Source: a virus. Taken from it: a stretch of 64,000 bases of DNA. The stretch lies in IMG/VR virus record IMGVR_UViG_3300037189_013517, positions 2,391 through 66,390 of that record, one strand, 5' to 3'. Positions within the stretch are counted from its first letter, which is position 1; every line of letters starts with the position of its first letter. The notes under the pieces were generated by a model. That model did no database searches. It was not told the DNA's origin and saw only the letters and a list, made by a program, of their open reading frames with translations. Position numbers and translations under genes: made by a program. Positions 48,802 to 57,308 of this stretch are shown here, one piece after another.

Positions 48802-49863
48802 ATGTCTTTACTTGAAAAATTGAAAAAGAATTCGACAATCAAAGAAACAGAGACTTTGAATAAATCCAAATTTTTTAATAAAAAGGATATGATTCAAACC
48901 TCTGTTCCTATGATGAATGTCGCATTATCAGGAAGCTTGGAAGGCGGGCTAACCCCGGGATTGACAGTATTTGCAGGACCTTCCAAGCATTTTAAAACTG
49001 CCTTTTCTTTATTATTGGCTAAGTCTTATTTGGATAAGTATGAAGATGCTATTGTATTATTTTATGACTCTGAGTTTGGTAGTCCTCAGTCTTATTTTGA
49101 TTCTTTCGGAATTGACACGGGACGCGTATTACATACTCCGATAACTGACATTGAACAACTTAAGTTTGATGTAATGTCTCAGATCAATAATATTGAGCGA
49201 GGCGATCATGTTATCATCATTGTTGATTCAGTCGGCAATCTTGCATCAAAGAAAGAAGTGGATGATGCACTTGAAGGTAAATCTGTAGCGGATATGACCA
49301 GAGCTAAACAGATGAAATCTTTATTCCGAATGATTACACCTCATCTAACCATTAAAGATATTCCTATGGCGGTGGTTAATCATACCTATTCGGAAATTGG
49401 TTTGTATCCTAAACAGATTGTTTCTGGCGGTACAGGCATTTATTATTCTGCAGATAATATCTTCATTATTGGTCGCCAACAAGAAAAAGATGGCACTGAT
49501 GTAGTAGGATATAATTTTATTATTAATGTTGAGAAATCAAGATTCGTAAAAGAAAAATCTAAGATTCCAATTGAAGTATCGTTTGATGGTGGTATTAGTA
49601 AATGGTCTGGTCTTTTAGACATAGCAATTGATGGGGGTTTCGTATTTAAACCATCTAATGGTTGGTACTCGCTTAAAGGCGAAGAGAAAAAATACAGACA
49701 AAAGGATACCTATACTAAAGAATTTTGGTTGCCGGTATTGACGAATAAAGACTTTAGAAGTTATATTGAGACTAGATATATGATGGCGTCAGGCGATCTT
49801 ATGTCCGCAGCTTTTAATGATACTGACTTAGAAGAGGAGTTCGAAAATGCAAGTGAAGTATGA
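48802..49863 (+). CDS. uvsX: RecA-like recombinase UvsX
   Basis: AGPSKHFKT, FYDSEFG, DSVGNLAS, ADMTRAK. Confidence 0.96.
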   Translation: MSLLEKLKKNSTIKETETLNKSKFFNKKDMIQTSVPMMNVALSGSLEGGLTPGLTVFAGPSKHFKTAFSLLLAKSYLDKYEDAIVLFYDSEFGSPQSYFDSFGIDTGRVLHTPITDIEQLKFDVMSQINNIERGDHVIIIVDSVGNLASKKEVDDALEGKSVADMTRAKQMKSLFRMITPHLTIKDIPMAVVNHTYSEIGLYPKQIVSGGTGIYYSADNIFIIGRQQEKDGTDVVGYNFIINVEKSRFVKEKSKIPIEVSFDGGISKWSGLLDIAIDGGFVFKPSNGWYSLKGEEKKYRQKDTYTKEFWLPVLTNKDFRSYIETRYMMASGDLMSAAFNDTDLEEEFENASEV

Positions 49864-50143
49864 ACCTTGGAGAGTAGAAAAAGAAGATAAAGAATATTGG
49901 GGAGTACGAATACTTGAAGGTAAGTTTGACCAACTTGCTCTTACAATCAATGATGTAAAAATGGAAGAAGATAGTACAGTATCTGTAGATTATGATATTA
50001 TATATTCTCTTCTTCCCACAGAAGAAGTAACGGCAAGTGATGAATTCAATCAAGTTTTATCTTATGTTATCCAAGACATTCTAGTAAAGGCAATGAATGA
50101 GTACGAAAATAGAAACCGTAATTCTACAGAACCTGATAAATGA
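49847..50143 (+). CDS. hypothetical protein at the gp40 (head vertex chaperone) position
   Basis: Small acidic ORF between uvsX and gp41, as in T4. Confidence 0.5.
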   Translation: MQVKYEPWRVEKEDKEYWGVRILEGKFDQLALTINDVKMEEDSTVSVDYDIIYSLLPTEEVTASDEFNQVLSYVIQDILVKAMNEYENRNRNSTEPDK

Positions 50144-51563
50144 TGATGAGTATATGAGAAAAGTAATCCCGTTCTTAAAGCGGGATTATTTTTTAGATAC
50201 TAATGAAAGAATCATTTATGATAAAATAAATTCCTTCATAGGGGAATATAATTCTACTCCATCAAAAGATGCGTTAACTATCGCAATACAAAATGATAAA
50301 GGGTTGAATGAAGAACAGTACAAAGAAGTTTTTAGTATCATACAAGAATTAGATCCAACAGAACATAATAAAGATTGGTTGTATAAAGAGACCGAAAAGT
50401 TCTGCAAGGACAAAGCAGTTTATAATGCTATTTTATCTTCAGTTGCAATCATTGACGGTAGAGATAAAAGCAAATCCGAAGATGGTATTCCTTCATTACT
50501 GCAAGACGCACTAGGTATTTGCTTTGACAATAATGTAGGACATGATTATATTTTGAATGCAGATAAACGATATGAATTTTATCATCGTGTGGAATCTCGC
50601 ATACCATTTGATCTTGAGTATTTTAATAAAATTACAAATGGTGGTATGCCAAATAAGACATTGAATGTTGTCTTGGCGGGCACAGGTGTAGGTAAATCGT
50701 TATTCATGTGCCATGTTGCAGCAGCAGCGTTAGCTCAAGGTAGAAACGTTCTATACATTACTCTTGAGATGGCGGAAGAGAGAATTGCAGAACGTATTGA
50801 TGCAAATTTGATGAACATTACCATGGATCAGTTAAAAGATCTTCCTAAACAGTTATTTGATACCAGAATAGAAAAGATCAGAACTAAAACTGAAGGTGCC
50901 TTAATTATTAAAGAATATCCTACAACCGGAGCACACGTAGGGCATTTTAAATCTTTGTTAAACGAATTGCAATTGAAACGTCAATTTAAGCCTGATATTA
51001 TTATAATTGACTATTTGAATATATGCGCAAGTTCAAGACTTAAAGCAAGTGCAGGAGTAAATTCATATACATTAGTTAAGTCTATTGCTGAAGAACTTAG
51101 AGGATTGGCAGTTGAAGAAAATGTTCCTATACTAAGTGCGACACAAACTACAAGGACTGGATATGGAAATACAGATGTTGAACTTACTGATACTTCTGAA
51201 TCTTTTGGGTTGCCTGCCACTGTTGATTTTATGTTCGCTCTAATATCAACAGAAGATCTTGAGAAGATGAATCAGTTGATGGTTAAGCAACTAAAGAATA
51301 GATATAATGATCCTACAGTAAATAAAAGATTTGTTATTGGTGTTGATCGAGCAAAGATGAAGCTATATGATCTTGAAGAATCAGCACAAAAGAATATTGC
51401 AGATTCTGGAAATAGAGGAGCAATGGGTGGACCTGGGGGCGGACCTGGAAGTGCGCATGGCAGTAAAACTAGAACAGTAACAGCAGGAAAATATGGTGAC
51501 GTAATGGCATGGGGTGGCGGCGGCACCGGTTCTTCGAAAGATTTTTCTAAGATTAAGATATGA
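50097..51563 (+). CDS. gp41: replicative DnaB-like helicase
   Basis: AGTGVGKS, YITLEMAEE, IDYLNIC, SATQTTR, SESFGLP. Confidence 0.96.
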   Translation: MSTKIETVILQNLINDDEYMRKVIPFLKRDYFLDTNERIIYDKINSFIGEYNSTPSKDALTIAIQNDKGLNEEQYKEVFSIIQELDPTEHNKDWLYKETEKFCKDKAVYNAILSSVAIIDGRDKSKSEDGIPSLLQDALGICFDNNVGHDYILNADKRYEFYHRVESRIPFDLEYFNKITNGGMPNKTLNVVLAGTGVGKSLFMCHVAAAALAQGRNVLYITLEMAEERIAERIDANLMNITMDQLKDLPKQLFDTRIEKIRTKTEGALIIKEYPTTGAHVGHFKSLLNELQLKRQFKPDIIIIDYLNICASSRLKASAGVNSYTLVKSIAEELRGLAVEENVPILSATQTTRTGYGNTDVELTDTSESFGLPATVDFMFALISTEDLEKMNQLMVKQLKNRYNDPTVNKRFVIGVDRAKMKLYDLEESAQKNIADSGNRGAMGGPGGGPGSAHGSKTRTVTAGKYGDVMAWGGGGTGSSKDFSKIKI

Positions 51564-51778
51564 GAAGCTTAGGCAAAACTAAGTTGTCTGATACTAGATT
51601 GCAGACTAGTGAGCAAGGTGAATTAATGAATATGGATTCTCACATACCATTAAGTATAGAAGATATTATTCCGCAAGGTAGTAAGACAACTAAAATAGAA
51701 ACAAGCGAATTGAGGACCCCAGAAGAGATTAAAAATGATATATTTTGGAAAAAGATACTAGAATTTCAAAATAAATAA
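51560..51778 (+). CDS. hypothetical protein
   Basis: 72-aa ORF coupled to the gp41 stop. Confidence 0.45.
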   Translation: MRSLGKTKLSDTRLQTSEQGELMNMDSHIPLSIEDIIPQGSKTTKIETSELRTPEEIKNDIFWKKILEFQNK

Positions 51779-51793
51779 TCCGAGAGGTGTAGT

Positions 51794-52297
51794 ATGGATG
51801 TTACTATAAGTGGAGCTAAGGATAGAGAGTTAACCAAAATGCTAAGGTTAGCTACATATTCTTTTAGCAAAAATTTATTTTCACCTCGATTAGCCAGTAA
51901 TCTTAAACTTAATATTAGAATAAAAGATAAGTTAGATGCTGGCGGATATTGTAATTATGTGGGTGACAGTAACCCTCCGAGAACTTTTATGATAGAAATC
52001 TTTAGAGCCAGAAAAAAGATACATATGTTTTCTGCACTTGCACATGAAATGGTTCATGTCAAACAAATGGCTAAAGGTGAGATTAAAGATAAGAAACTCA
52101 AATTTAAATCTGATACTTATAAGTATGTCACAGTTTGGAGAGGTAAAACGTACGCAAATGATTTATTGTATTGGGATCATCCATGGGAAATTGAAGCGTA
52201 TGGTTTACAGGAAAGCTTAGTTGCTAAATTTTTAATAGAACATGATCAATTCAAAAATTTAAGACAGAAACGAGCAAACTGGTTCGTATATGATTAG
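51794..52297 (+). CDS. zincin-like metallopeptidase-motif protein
   Basis: LAHEMVHVKQ and PWEIEAY. Confidence 0.75.
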   Translation: MDVTISGAKDRELTKMLRLATYSFSKNLFSPRLASNLKLNIRIKDKLDAGGYCNYVGDSNPPRTFMIEIFRARKKIHMFSALAHEMVHVKQMAKGEIKDKKLKFKSDTYKYVTVWRGKTYANDLLYWDHPWEIEAYGLQESLVAKFLIEHDQFKNLRQKRANWFVYD

Positions 52298-52335
52298 TGG
52301 AGATAATAAATGTAGTTAACTAAAAAGGAGTAATC

Positions 52336-52518
52336 ATGGGAGAAGCAATGTTTTCTGTATATGACCTAATACAATTAGGCCTAATGTTACTAGCGTGTTA
52401 TTGTTGCAAAGCATATGGATATCAAAAGGGTATGGTAGAAACGCTAGAATTTTTTGAGGAACAAGGAGTTATCGAAATCCCAACCAAGCAACCAATGGAG
52501 AAAGAAGAAGAACATTAA
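52336..52518 (+). CDS. small membrane protein
   Basis: SD AGGAG; single hydrophobic segment. Confidence 0.55.
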   Translation: MGEAMFSVYDLIQLGLMLLACYCCKAYGYQKGMVETLEFFEEQGVIEIPTKQPMEKEEEH

Positions 52519-52541
52519 CATTCTGTTAATATTATAATTTT

Positions 52542-52576
52542 AATAATACCCTGGCCCTTTGCTGGGGTATTATTTT
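52542..52576 (+). terminator. intrinsic terminator-like hairpin
   Basis: AATAATACCCTGGC / GCTGGGGTATTATT followed by TT. Confidence 0.6.
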
Positions 52577-52593
52577 GGCTGGTTAAAAAGTGC

Positions 52594-52622
52594 TTGACAA
52601 GAACACCGAAATGTGCTATAAT
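52594..52622 (+). promoter_or_regulatory. sigma70 consensus early promoter
   Basis: TTGACA-N17-TATAAT with TG at -15/-14. Confidence 0.85.
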
Positions 52623-52645
52623 ATGGTTATAGTGAAGGAGACGAT

Positions 52646-52888
52646 ATGATCGACGAAAATGAAAAAGTAGTATATTTAGGCGTAGAATATGACAGATCGC
52701 ACGGAAGCCCCTTTGATCGTGGGTCTGCGGATAGTTGGTACGGTCGCCCCCGTGCTGCGCATTGGTGGCCAGACGGCACCTATAATGGAGAACAGATAAC
52801 CGCAGAAAATATGACCGCTGAAGAACGGGAAGCATATTACGCAGGATATGATTATAATGAGGAATCGGGCGGTAAAAAAGAATGGTGA
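52646..52888 (+). CDS. early hypothetical protein
   Basis: HGSPFDRGSADSWYGR motif; SD AAGGAG. Confidence 0.75.
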   Translation: MIDENEKVVYLGVEYDRSHGSPFDRGSADSWYGRPRAAHWWPDGTYNGEQITAENMTAEEREAYYAGYDYNEESGGKKEW

Positions 52889-52896
52889 GAAAATGC

Positions 52897-52925
52897 TTGA
52901 CAACTGAACCATTTTATTATATAAT
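52897..52925 (+). promoter_or_regulatory. sigma70 consensus early promoter (likely leaderless mRNA)
   Basis: TTGACA-N17-TATAAT; ATG 6 nt after the -10 box. Confidence 0.8.
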
Positions 52926-52931
52926 AATGAT

Positions 52932-53321
52932 ATGAACTTAGGAATCGGACAAAACGTAGAGATCCAAACCAAGATGCGGTCAATGTATTTGGGCGAGGAT
53001 TTTAAATTTGTAACCTTTAAAGGTAAGGTAGTACCTAATCCAAAATGGTTAGATACCGATTATGTTTCAGTTCATACTGGAGAACCGAATTATCCGATAT
53101 CATACATTCATAAGCGTTTGATTGTTGGTTATGAGTTTTCAAAAGAAAGAACGGATGAAAGAATCTTCGAAGTAAAATCGAAGTCGAAGGGTAAAGCCTA
53201 CACGGTTGTGTCCTCGAAAGGAATTGTATCTTGTAATTGTACTGGTTATCAATTCCGTAGAAAATGTAGTCATTCTGATAAAGTTAAAGATATTATCCAA
53301 AAAGATGTATCAAATGCTTGA
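52932..53321 (+). CDS. SWIM zinc-finger protein
   Basis: CNC.GYQFRRKCSH. Confidence 0.75.
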   Translation: MNLGIGQNVEIQTKMRSMYLGEDFKFVTFKGKVVPNPKWLDTDYVSVHTGEPNYPISYIHKRLIVGYEFSKERTDERIFEVKSKSKGKAYTVVSSKGIVSCNCTGYQFRRKCSHSDKVKDIIQKDVSNA

Positions 53322-53346
53322 CTTCTTGTCCGAAAGATTATATAAT
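53318..53346 (+). promoter_or_regulatory. sigma70-type early promoter
   Basis: TTGACT-N17-TATAAT. Confidence 0.8.
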
Positions 53347-53400
53347 ATGATTGTAGTATAATTTTGAGATGTTATTTAATTATTAATTGAAAGGTATTAT

Positions 53401-53778
53401 ATGTCTAAATTTACAGTTGCAGGTGTATCTACACAGAACGGTATCACTAAAGTTCGTTTTGCGAATGACATCGTTTCTCGTACTAAGCTTCTTGCTAAAG
53501 GTGGTCACTCTCCGTTGGAGTTAGTTGAGCTTCCTTCAGCAATGACTAAGGCTGAAGCTTGTCAGTATTTGCTAGAAGTAGGTGGAGTATTCTTAGCGTA
53601 TTCTGATCTTATTACTGATACAATGAATAAGAAAGAAGGTATTGTATCCATCAAAGCTTCAAAAGCAAAACCGACTAAAGCAGTTCAAGCTAAGACTAAA
53701 GCAGCAAAAGTTATTAAGTCTAAGCCACAAGTTGAAGAAGATCTCGAAGTTAAAGAGATTCAAGCACTTGCGGCATAA
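53401..53778 (+). CDS. early hypothetical protein with Lys/Ala-rich tail
   Basis: FTVAGVS...KVRFAND...ELP.AMTK. Confidence 0.75.
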   Translation: MSKFTVAGVSTQNGITKVRFANDIVSRTKLLAKGGHSPLELVELPSAMTKAEACQYLLEVGGVFLAYSDLITDTMNKKEGIVSIKASKAKPTKAVQAKTKAAKVIKSKPQVEEDLEVKEIQALAA

Positions 53779-53785
53779 AGACAAG

Positions 53786-54153
53786 AGTGCCCTTCGGGGC
53801 ACTATATTAAAACACATTACGGTTGAGGTCTAGAGATAACTTCATACTAAGCCGTGATAGGATATAGAAGCAGACCTAAACCTATCGTATAGTGTGTTTT
53901 AATATGGTGCTTTAGTGAAGTACATTATGTGTCAGACAGCCATTGGCGACTTGATAAACATTAAGTTGAGATAGTGTACTTCACTATGGTACTTGAGTTG
54001 TGGCAAGTATAGTCCACAAACAGGAGTGTAACCTGATGGATATAGAACATAAATATCCAACGTGAATGAGCCATGGTTGACCGGGGCGTTTAGGCAGGAA
54101 ACACATAACGAAACGGCAGGCGTAAAACGTAACTACAATCGCCTAGGTAGTTC
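53786..54153 (+). ncRNA. structured non-coding tract (candidate ncRNAs)
   Basis: cUUCGg hairpin, two 16-17 bp enclosing stems and several internal hairpins; no plausible ORF. Confidence 0.5.
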
Positions 54154-54157
54154 TGAT

Positions 54158-54235
54158 GCAACGGTGGCAGAGAGGCCCAATGCAAGGGACTGCAAATCCC
54201 TAAAACCGTCAGTTCGAATCTGACCCGTTGCTCCA
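54158..54235 (+). tRNA. tRNA-Cys(GCA)
   Basis: GCAACGG/CCGTTGC acceptor, AGGGA-CTGCAAA-TCCCT, GTTCGAATC, CCA. Confidence 0.93.
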
Positions 54236-54254
54236 AATATATAAGTGAGAATGT

Positions 54255-54764
54255 GTGGAATTATTACAAGTACCTTTGCCCATAGTATGGATGAAATTAG
54301 AAGCGCATGCTGCGATAAAAGATAAATTATTAGATGCGATTGCAAAAGAAGACGCAACACGAGGTGAAGGTAATATTTCTAGAACAGATTGGTTTTTAAA
54401 TGGCGATAAAAGTTATTATTCTATATTGGAACCGCATCTACTTCCTATATTAGATAATCTTTTGTTTAAAGATTTTTATTACAATAAGTTTCAAGTTATT
54501 GCTTGTTGGTTTCAGCAATATGACACAAATGATGAACATGCTTGGCATACACATATTCCAAGCACATGGTCAGGAGTGTACTATGTCGAGCTTCCCGAGG
54601 ATGCTCCTAGGACAACATTCATCGGCCCGTTGGAAAAGGATAAATTAATCACACCCGATGTTAGTGAAGGTGATATAATAATATTCCCTTCAATGCTAAG
54701 ACATTGTTCTTTGCCGAATAAAAGTAAAAGTAGAAAAACAGTAATATCGTTTAATATAGAATAA
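54255..54764 (+). CDS. 2OG-Fe(II) oxygenase-like protein
   Basis: HAWHTH, WSGVYYV, EGDIIIFPS.L.H, R.VISFN. Confidence 0.8.
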   Translation: MELLQVPLPIVWMKLEAHAAIKDKLLDAIAKEDATRGEGNISRTDWFLNGDKSYYSILEPHLLPILDNLLFKDFYYNKFQVIACWFQQYDTNDEHAWHTHIPSTWSGVYYVELPEDAPRTTFIGPLEKDKLITPDVSEGDIIIFPSMLRHCSLPNKSKSRKTVISFNIE

Positions 54765-54839
54765 TCCGATGTAGCTCAGCGGTAGAGCAGAAGACTGTTA
54801 ATCTTTTGGTCGGTGGTTCGATCCCACCCGTCGGAGCCA
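54765..54839 (+). tRNA. tRNA-Asn(GTT)
   Basis: TCCGATG/CGTCGGA acceptor, CTGTTAA loop, GGTTCGATCC, CCA. Confidence 0.93.
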
Positions 54840-54845
54840 AATAAA

Positions 54846-54922
54846 CTGCCCGTAGCTCAGTCGGATAGAGCAACAGCCTTCTAAGCTGTGGGTCGGACGT
54901 TCGAATCGTCTCGGGCAGGCCA
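54846..54922 (+). tRNA. tRNA-Arg(TCT)
   Basis: CTGCCCG/CGGGCAG, ACAGC-CTTCTAA-GCTGT, GTTCGAATC, CCA. Confidence 0.94.
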
Positions 54923-54950
54923 TATTATTAAAGTGTTAATAAAATAATGC

Positions 54951-54979
54951 TTGACAAGAACACCAAAATGTGCTATAAT
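54951..54979 (+). promoter_or_regulatory. sigma70 consensus early promoter (near-duplicate of 52594)
   Basis: TTGACA-N17-TATAAT. Confidence 0.85.
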
Positions 54980-55005
54980 AATGATATAGTAAATAAGGAA
55001 AGCAC

Positions 55006-55152
55006 ATGAAAATCAAACGAAAGGTAAATGTTAAGCAAAGAAATCCACTGGTAGCTTTAGCATTATTTAGAAAAGCAGGTAAGCACCAGAAAACAAATAA
55101 AGCATTACGTAGAGAATTTAATGTAGGTTTATCTCAATGCAAGACATTTTAA
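55006..55152 (+). CDS. small basic early protein
   Basis: MKIKRKVNVKQRNPLVALALFRKAGKHQKTNKALRR... (48 aa); SD AAGGA; not in the ORF track. Confidence 0.6.
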   Translation: MKIKRKVNVKQRNPLVALALFRKAGKHQKTNKALRREFNVGLSQCKTF

Positions 55153-55772
55153 ACACTGTAGTAATAGATAATGTTCTGCCACAAGAGCTGGCTGACAAAA
55201 TAGAATCTATTTTTCGCGGTAATGAATTTCCATGGTATTATATTCCTGATGTTACGTTCCACGCAACAGAATATAAGGGAAATGATCGTGCAGGAGAAAC
55301 GTTTGGATTCTCGCATGAACTGTACCATTATAAAAAAGGCATCGTTACGAGCGATATAGTATTTGATATAATTAGAGATATCCCAGGACATGCTTTAGTA
55401 AAAAATAATCTTATAGAAGATCAAACAAAAGTAAATATAGACAATTATACTATAGCTACAATAAAATCTTTTTTTCAGCCACCCAACGGTAATACGAGAA
55501 GAGAGTATGACAATAAACACAATGATACAGATGTACCGCACTTAGTTTGTTTATACTATGTATTAGATGCGTCAGGTGATACTTTCTTTTTTGGCAAAGA
55601 AAAAGAAAGTGAGTTAGCATTTACAGTAACGCCAAAAAAGAACAGAGTGCTATTATTTGATGGTAGATATTATCATGCTAGCAGTTCTCCTTATAATGGA
55701 CCTAGAATAGTTATAAATTTTAATTTGTTTCATCACGATATTATGACAGCATTAGAGGAAGGAAGGCTATGA
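55137..55772 (+). CDS. 2OG-Fe(II) oxygenase-like protein
   Basis: HND, LYYV, GDT.FF, PKKNR..LFDG..YHAS, R.VINFN. Confidence 0.8.
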   Translation: MQDILNTVVIDNVLPQELADKIESIFRGNEFPWYYIPDVTFHATEYKGNDRAGETFGFSHELYHYKKGIVTSDIVFDIIRDIPGHALVKNNLIEDQTKVNIDNYTIATIKSFFQPPNGNTRREYDNKHNDTDVPHLVCLYYVLDASGDTFFFGKEKESELAFTVTPKKNRVLLFDGRYYHASSSPYNGPRIVINFNLFHHDIMTALEEGRL

Positions 55773-55963
55773 ATACTAAAATATGGGTTGACCCTCCGGC
55801 GGGTTGGAAATATGGTTTCCCTAAAGTCTGGGATAAAGAAGTCGACGGTGATTGCACAGAATGGATGTTAAAAAACGGGTATCCGCAAAAAGAGATTGAT
55901 GCTTGCGGAAATCATTTTCATGTACGTATGTGGAGTTATACAGATGAAGAATCTAAAGCGTAA
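55769..55963 (+). CDS. small hypothetical protein
   Basis: VDPPAGWKYGFPK...W...GYP motif. Confidence 0.7.
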   Translation: MNTKIWVDPPAGWKYGFPKVWDKEVDGDCTEWMLKNGYPQKEIDACGNHFHVRMWSYTDEESKA

Positions 55964-56192
55964 AGCTGCAGCACGCACTGCAATACAATTGGTATCTATT
56001 ACAGCCATTGCCTTAGCATTAGTTTGGTTTGAAACACTTATAACTGCGGAAATGGCAGGATGGATATTGATGTTTGGATTTCTAGGTTTTGCGATCTGGA
56101 TGGTGTATATGATTAATCTATCTCATTTTGAACATCTGCATCATAAAACAAAAGAACTTGAAGAAACGCAATCTAAGGGCGATTTAAAATAA
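55944..56192 (+). CDS. 2-TM membrane protein
   Basis: Two hydrophobic segments; start inferred at MKNLK. Confidence 0.55.
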   Translation: MKNLKRKAAARTAIQLVSITAIALALVWFETLITAEMAGWILMFGFLGFAIWMVYMINLSHFEHLHHKTKELEETQSKGDLK

Positions 56193-56243
56193 TAGGCAAA
56201 ATAATTGCCATATATAATTTTAAAATGCTCTTAAAGGATATGC

Positions 56244-56402
56244 ATGGACGCAAGAAAAATTTTAATAGAAGATAATACAGGTACAGATAAAAACGAATAT
56301 TGGGATATATTAGAAACTGAAGATGCCTTATTAGAAGCTCTTGAAAAGTTTACCCTTGAAATGCTTCAAAAAATTGAGGGTGAAGAAAATGAATCCCGCT
56401 AG
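56244..56402 (+). CDS. small acidic hypothetical protein
   Basis: MDARKILIEDN...EENESR (52 aa); SD AAGGA; stop codon lies inside tRNA-Trp. Confidence 0.5.
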   Translation: MDARKILIEDNTGTDKNEYWDILETEDALLEALEKFTLEMLQKIEGEENESR

Positions 56403-57300
56403 TGTTAACGGCAGCACGATGGTCTCCAAAACCACAAGACGCGGTTCGAATCCGTGGCGGGGTGCCAAGATTATTCTTGGACTTTTAATGTTTGTATCTA
56501 CCGGTGCATACCCACATAGTGTGCATCATAAACATAAGCATGCGCAGGTAAAAAAAGAAAAAAGAATTAAGGTTGCTAAAGCTGAAAAGACAAGTGTACT
56601 AGTTTTTAACAATACTAAAAGTACACATGAATATTCTAAGATGACTAATGTGGTTCGACCAATTGCAAGTGTTACTAAACTAATGACTGCAATGGTAGCA
56701 TTAAATTATGATAAGAATATGGAAAGGCATTTGAATATTAATTCTCCGGTAGGCGGAAGTTTACCTAAAAATAGATCTTATTCAAGATATGATTTACTAA
56801 ATGCTATGCTGGTTAAAAGTGATAATTCTGCAGCAGAAACTTTCTCTACAGATTATCCCGGAGGTCGAAAAGCTTTTTTAGATGAAATGAACCGACTTGC
56901 GTTTGAATATGGTATGATTAGTACTAACTTTGATGATCCAACTGGACTAAGTATTCAGAATACCTCTAGTGCGATAGATGTAGCGACAATGGTAGGAAAA
57001 GCGTCCGAATATGATTTAATACGAGAAATTAGTACAAAGAAACAAGTAGAAATAGATACAACGCATAAAAAGAAAACTAGAACAATAGTTTTGAATAATA
57101 CTAATAGGCCAGTTCTTTTTGAATTTGATAGTATTATAGTTAGCAAAACTGGATTTACAAATCCTGCAGGATATTGTTTGGCATTAGCAGTAGATAAAAA
57201 TAATCAAAAATATTCTGTAGTAATTTTAGGAGCAAGGAATAAATATGATAGAATACGTAAAGTAGAAGATGTTATGTATAATCATATTAATGCCAATTAG
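56389..57300 (+). CDS. peptidase S11 D-alanyl-D-alanine endo/carboxypeptidase (PBP7/PbpG-like)
   Basis: IASVTKLMTA (SxxK), KSDN (SxN), F.DPTGL, SKTGFT..AG.CL; start uncertain (56389 or 56419). Confidence 0.88.
   Translation: MNPASVNGSTMVSKTTRRGSNPWRGAKIILGLLMFVSTGAYPHSVHHKHKHAQVKKEKRIKVAKAEKTSVLVFNNTKSTHEYSKMTNVVRPIASVTKLMTAMVALNYDKNMERHLNINSPVGGSLPKNRSYSRYDLLNAMLVKSDNSAAETFSTDYPGGRKAFLDEMNRLAFEYGMISTNFDDPTGLSIQNTSSAIDVATMVGKASEYDLIREISTKKQVEIDTTHKKKTRTIVLNNTNRPVLFEFDSIIVSKTGFTNPAGYCLALAVDKNNQKYSVVILGARNKYDRIRKVEDVMYNHINAN
56393..56467 (+). tRNA. tRNA-Trp(CCA)
   Basis: ATCCCGC/GCGGGGT acceptor, TGGT-CTCCAAA-ACCA, CGCGG-TTCGAAT-CCGTG, G+CCA. Confidence 0.8.
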
Positions 57301-57308
57301 GATCTATA

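Noticed and set aside
54030-54135. Possible hammerhead ribozyme (CTGATG…CGAAAC)
   Set aside because: The core reads CTGATGG rather than CTGATGA and the stems do not assemble around the GAAA; kept only as part of the unclassified structured tract
55006-55152. ArfA-like ribosome rescue factor
   Set aside because: Small and basic but lacks the KGKGSY motif
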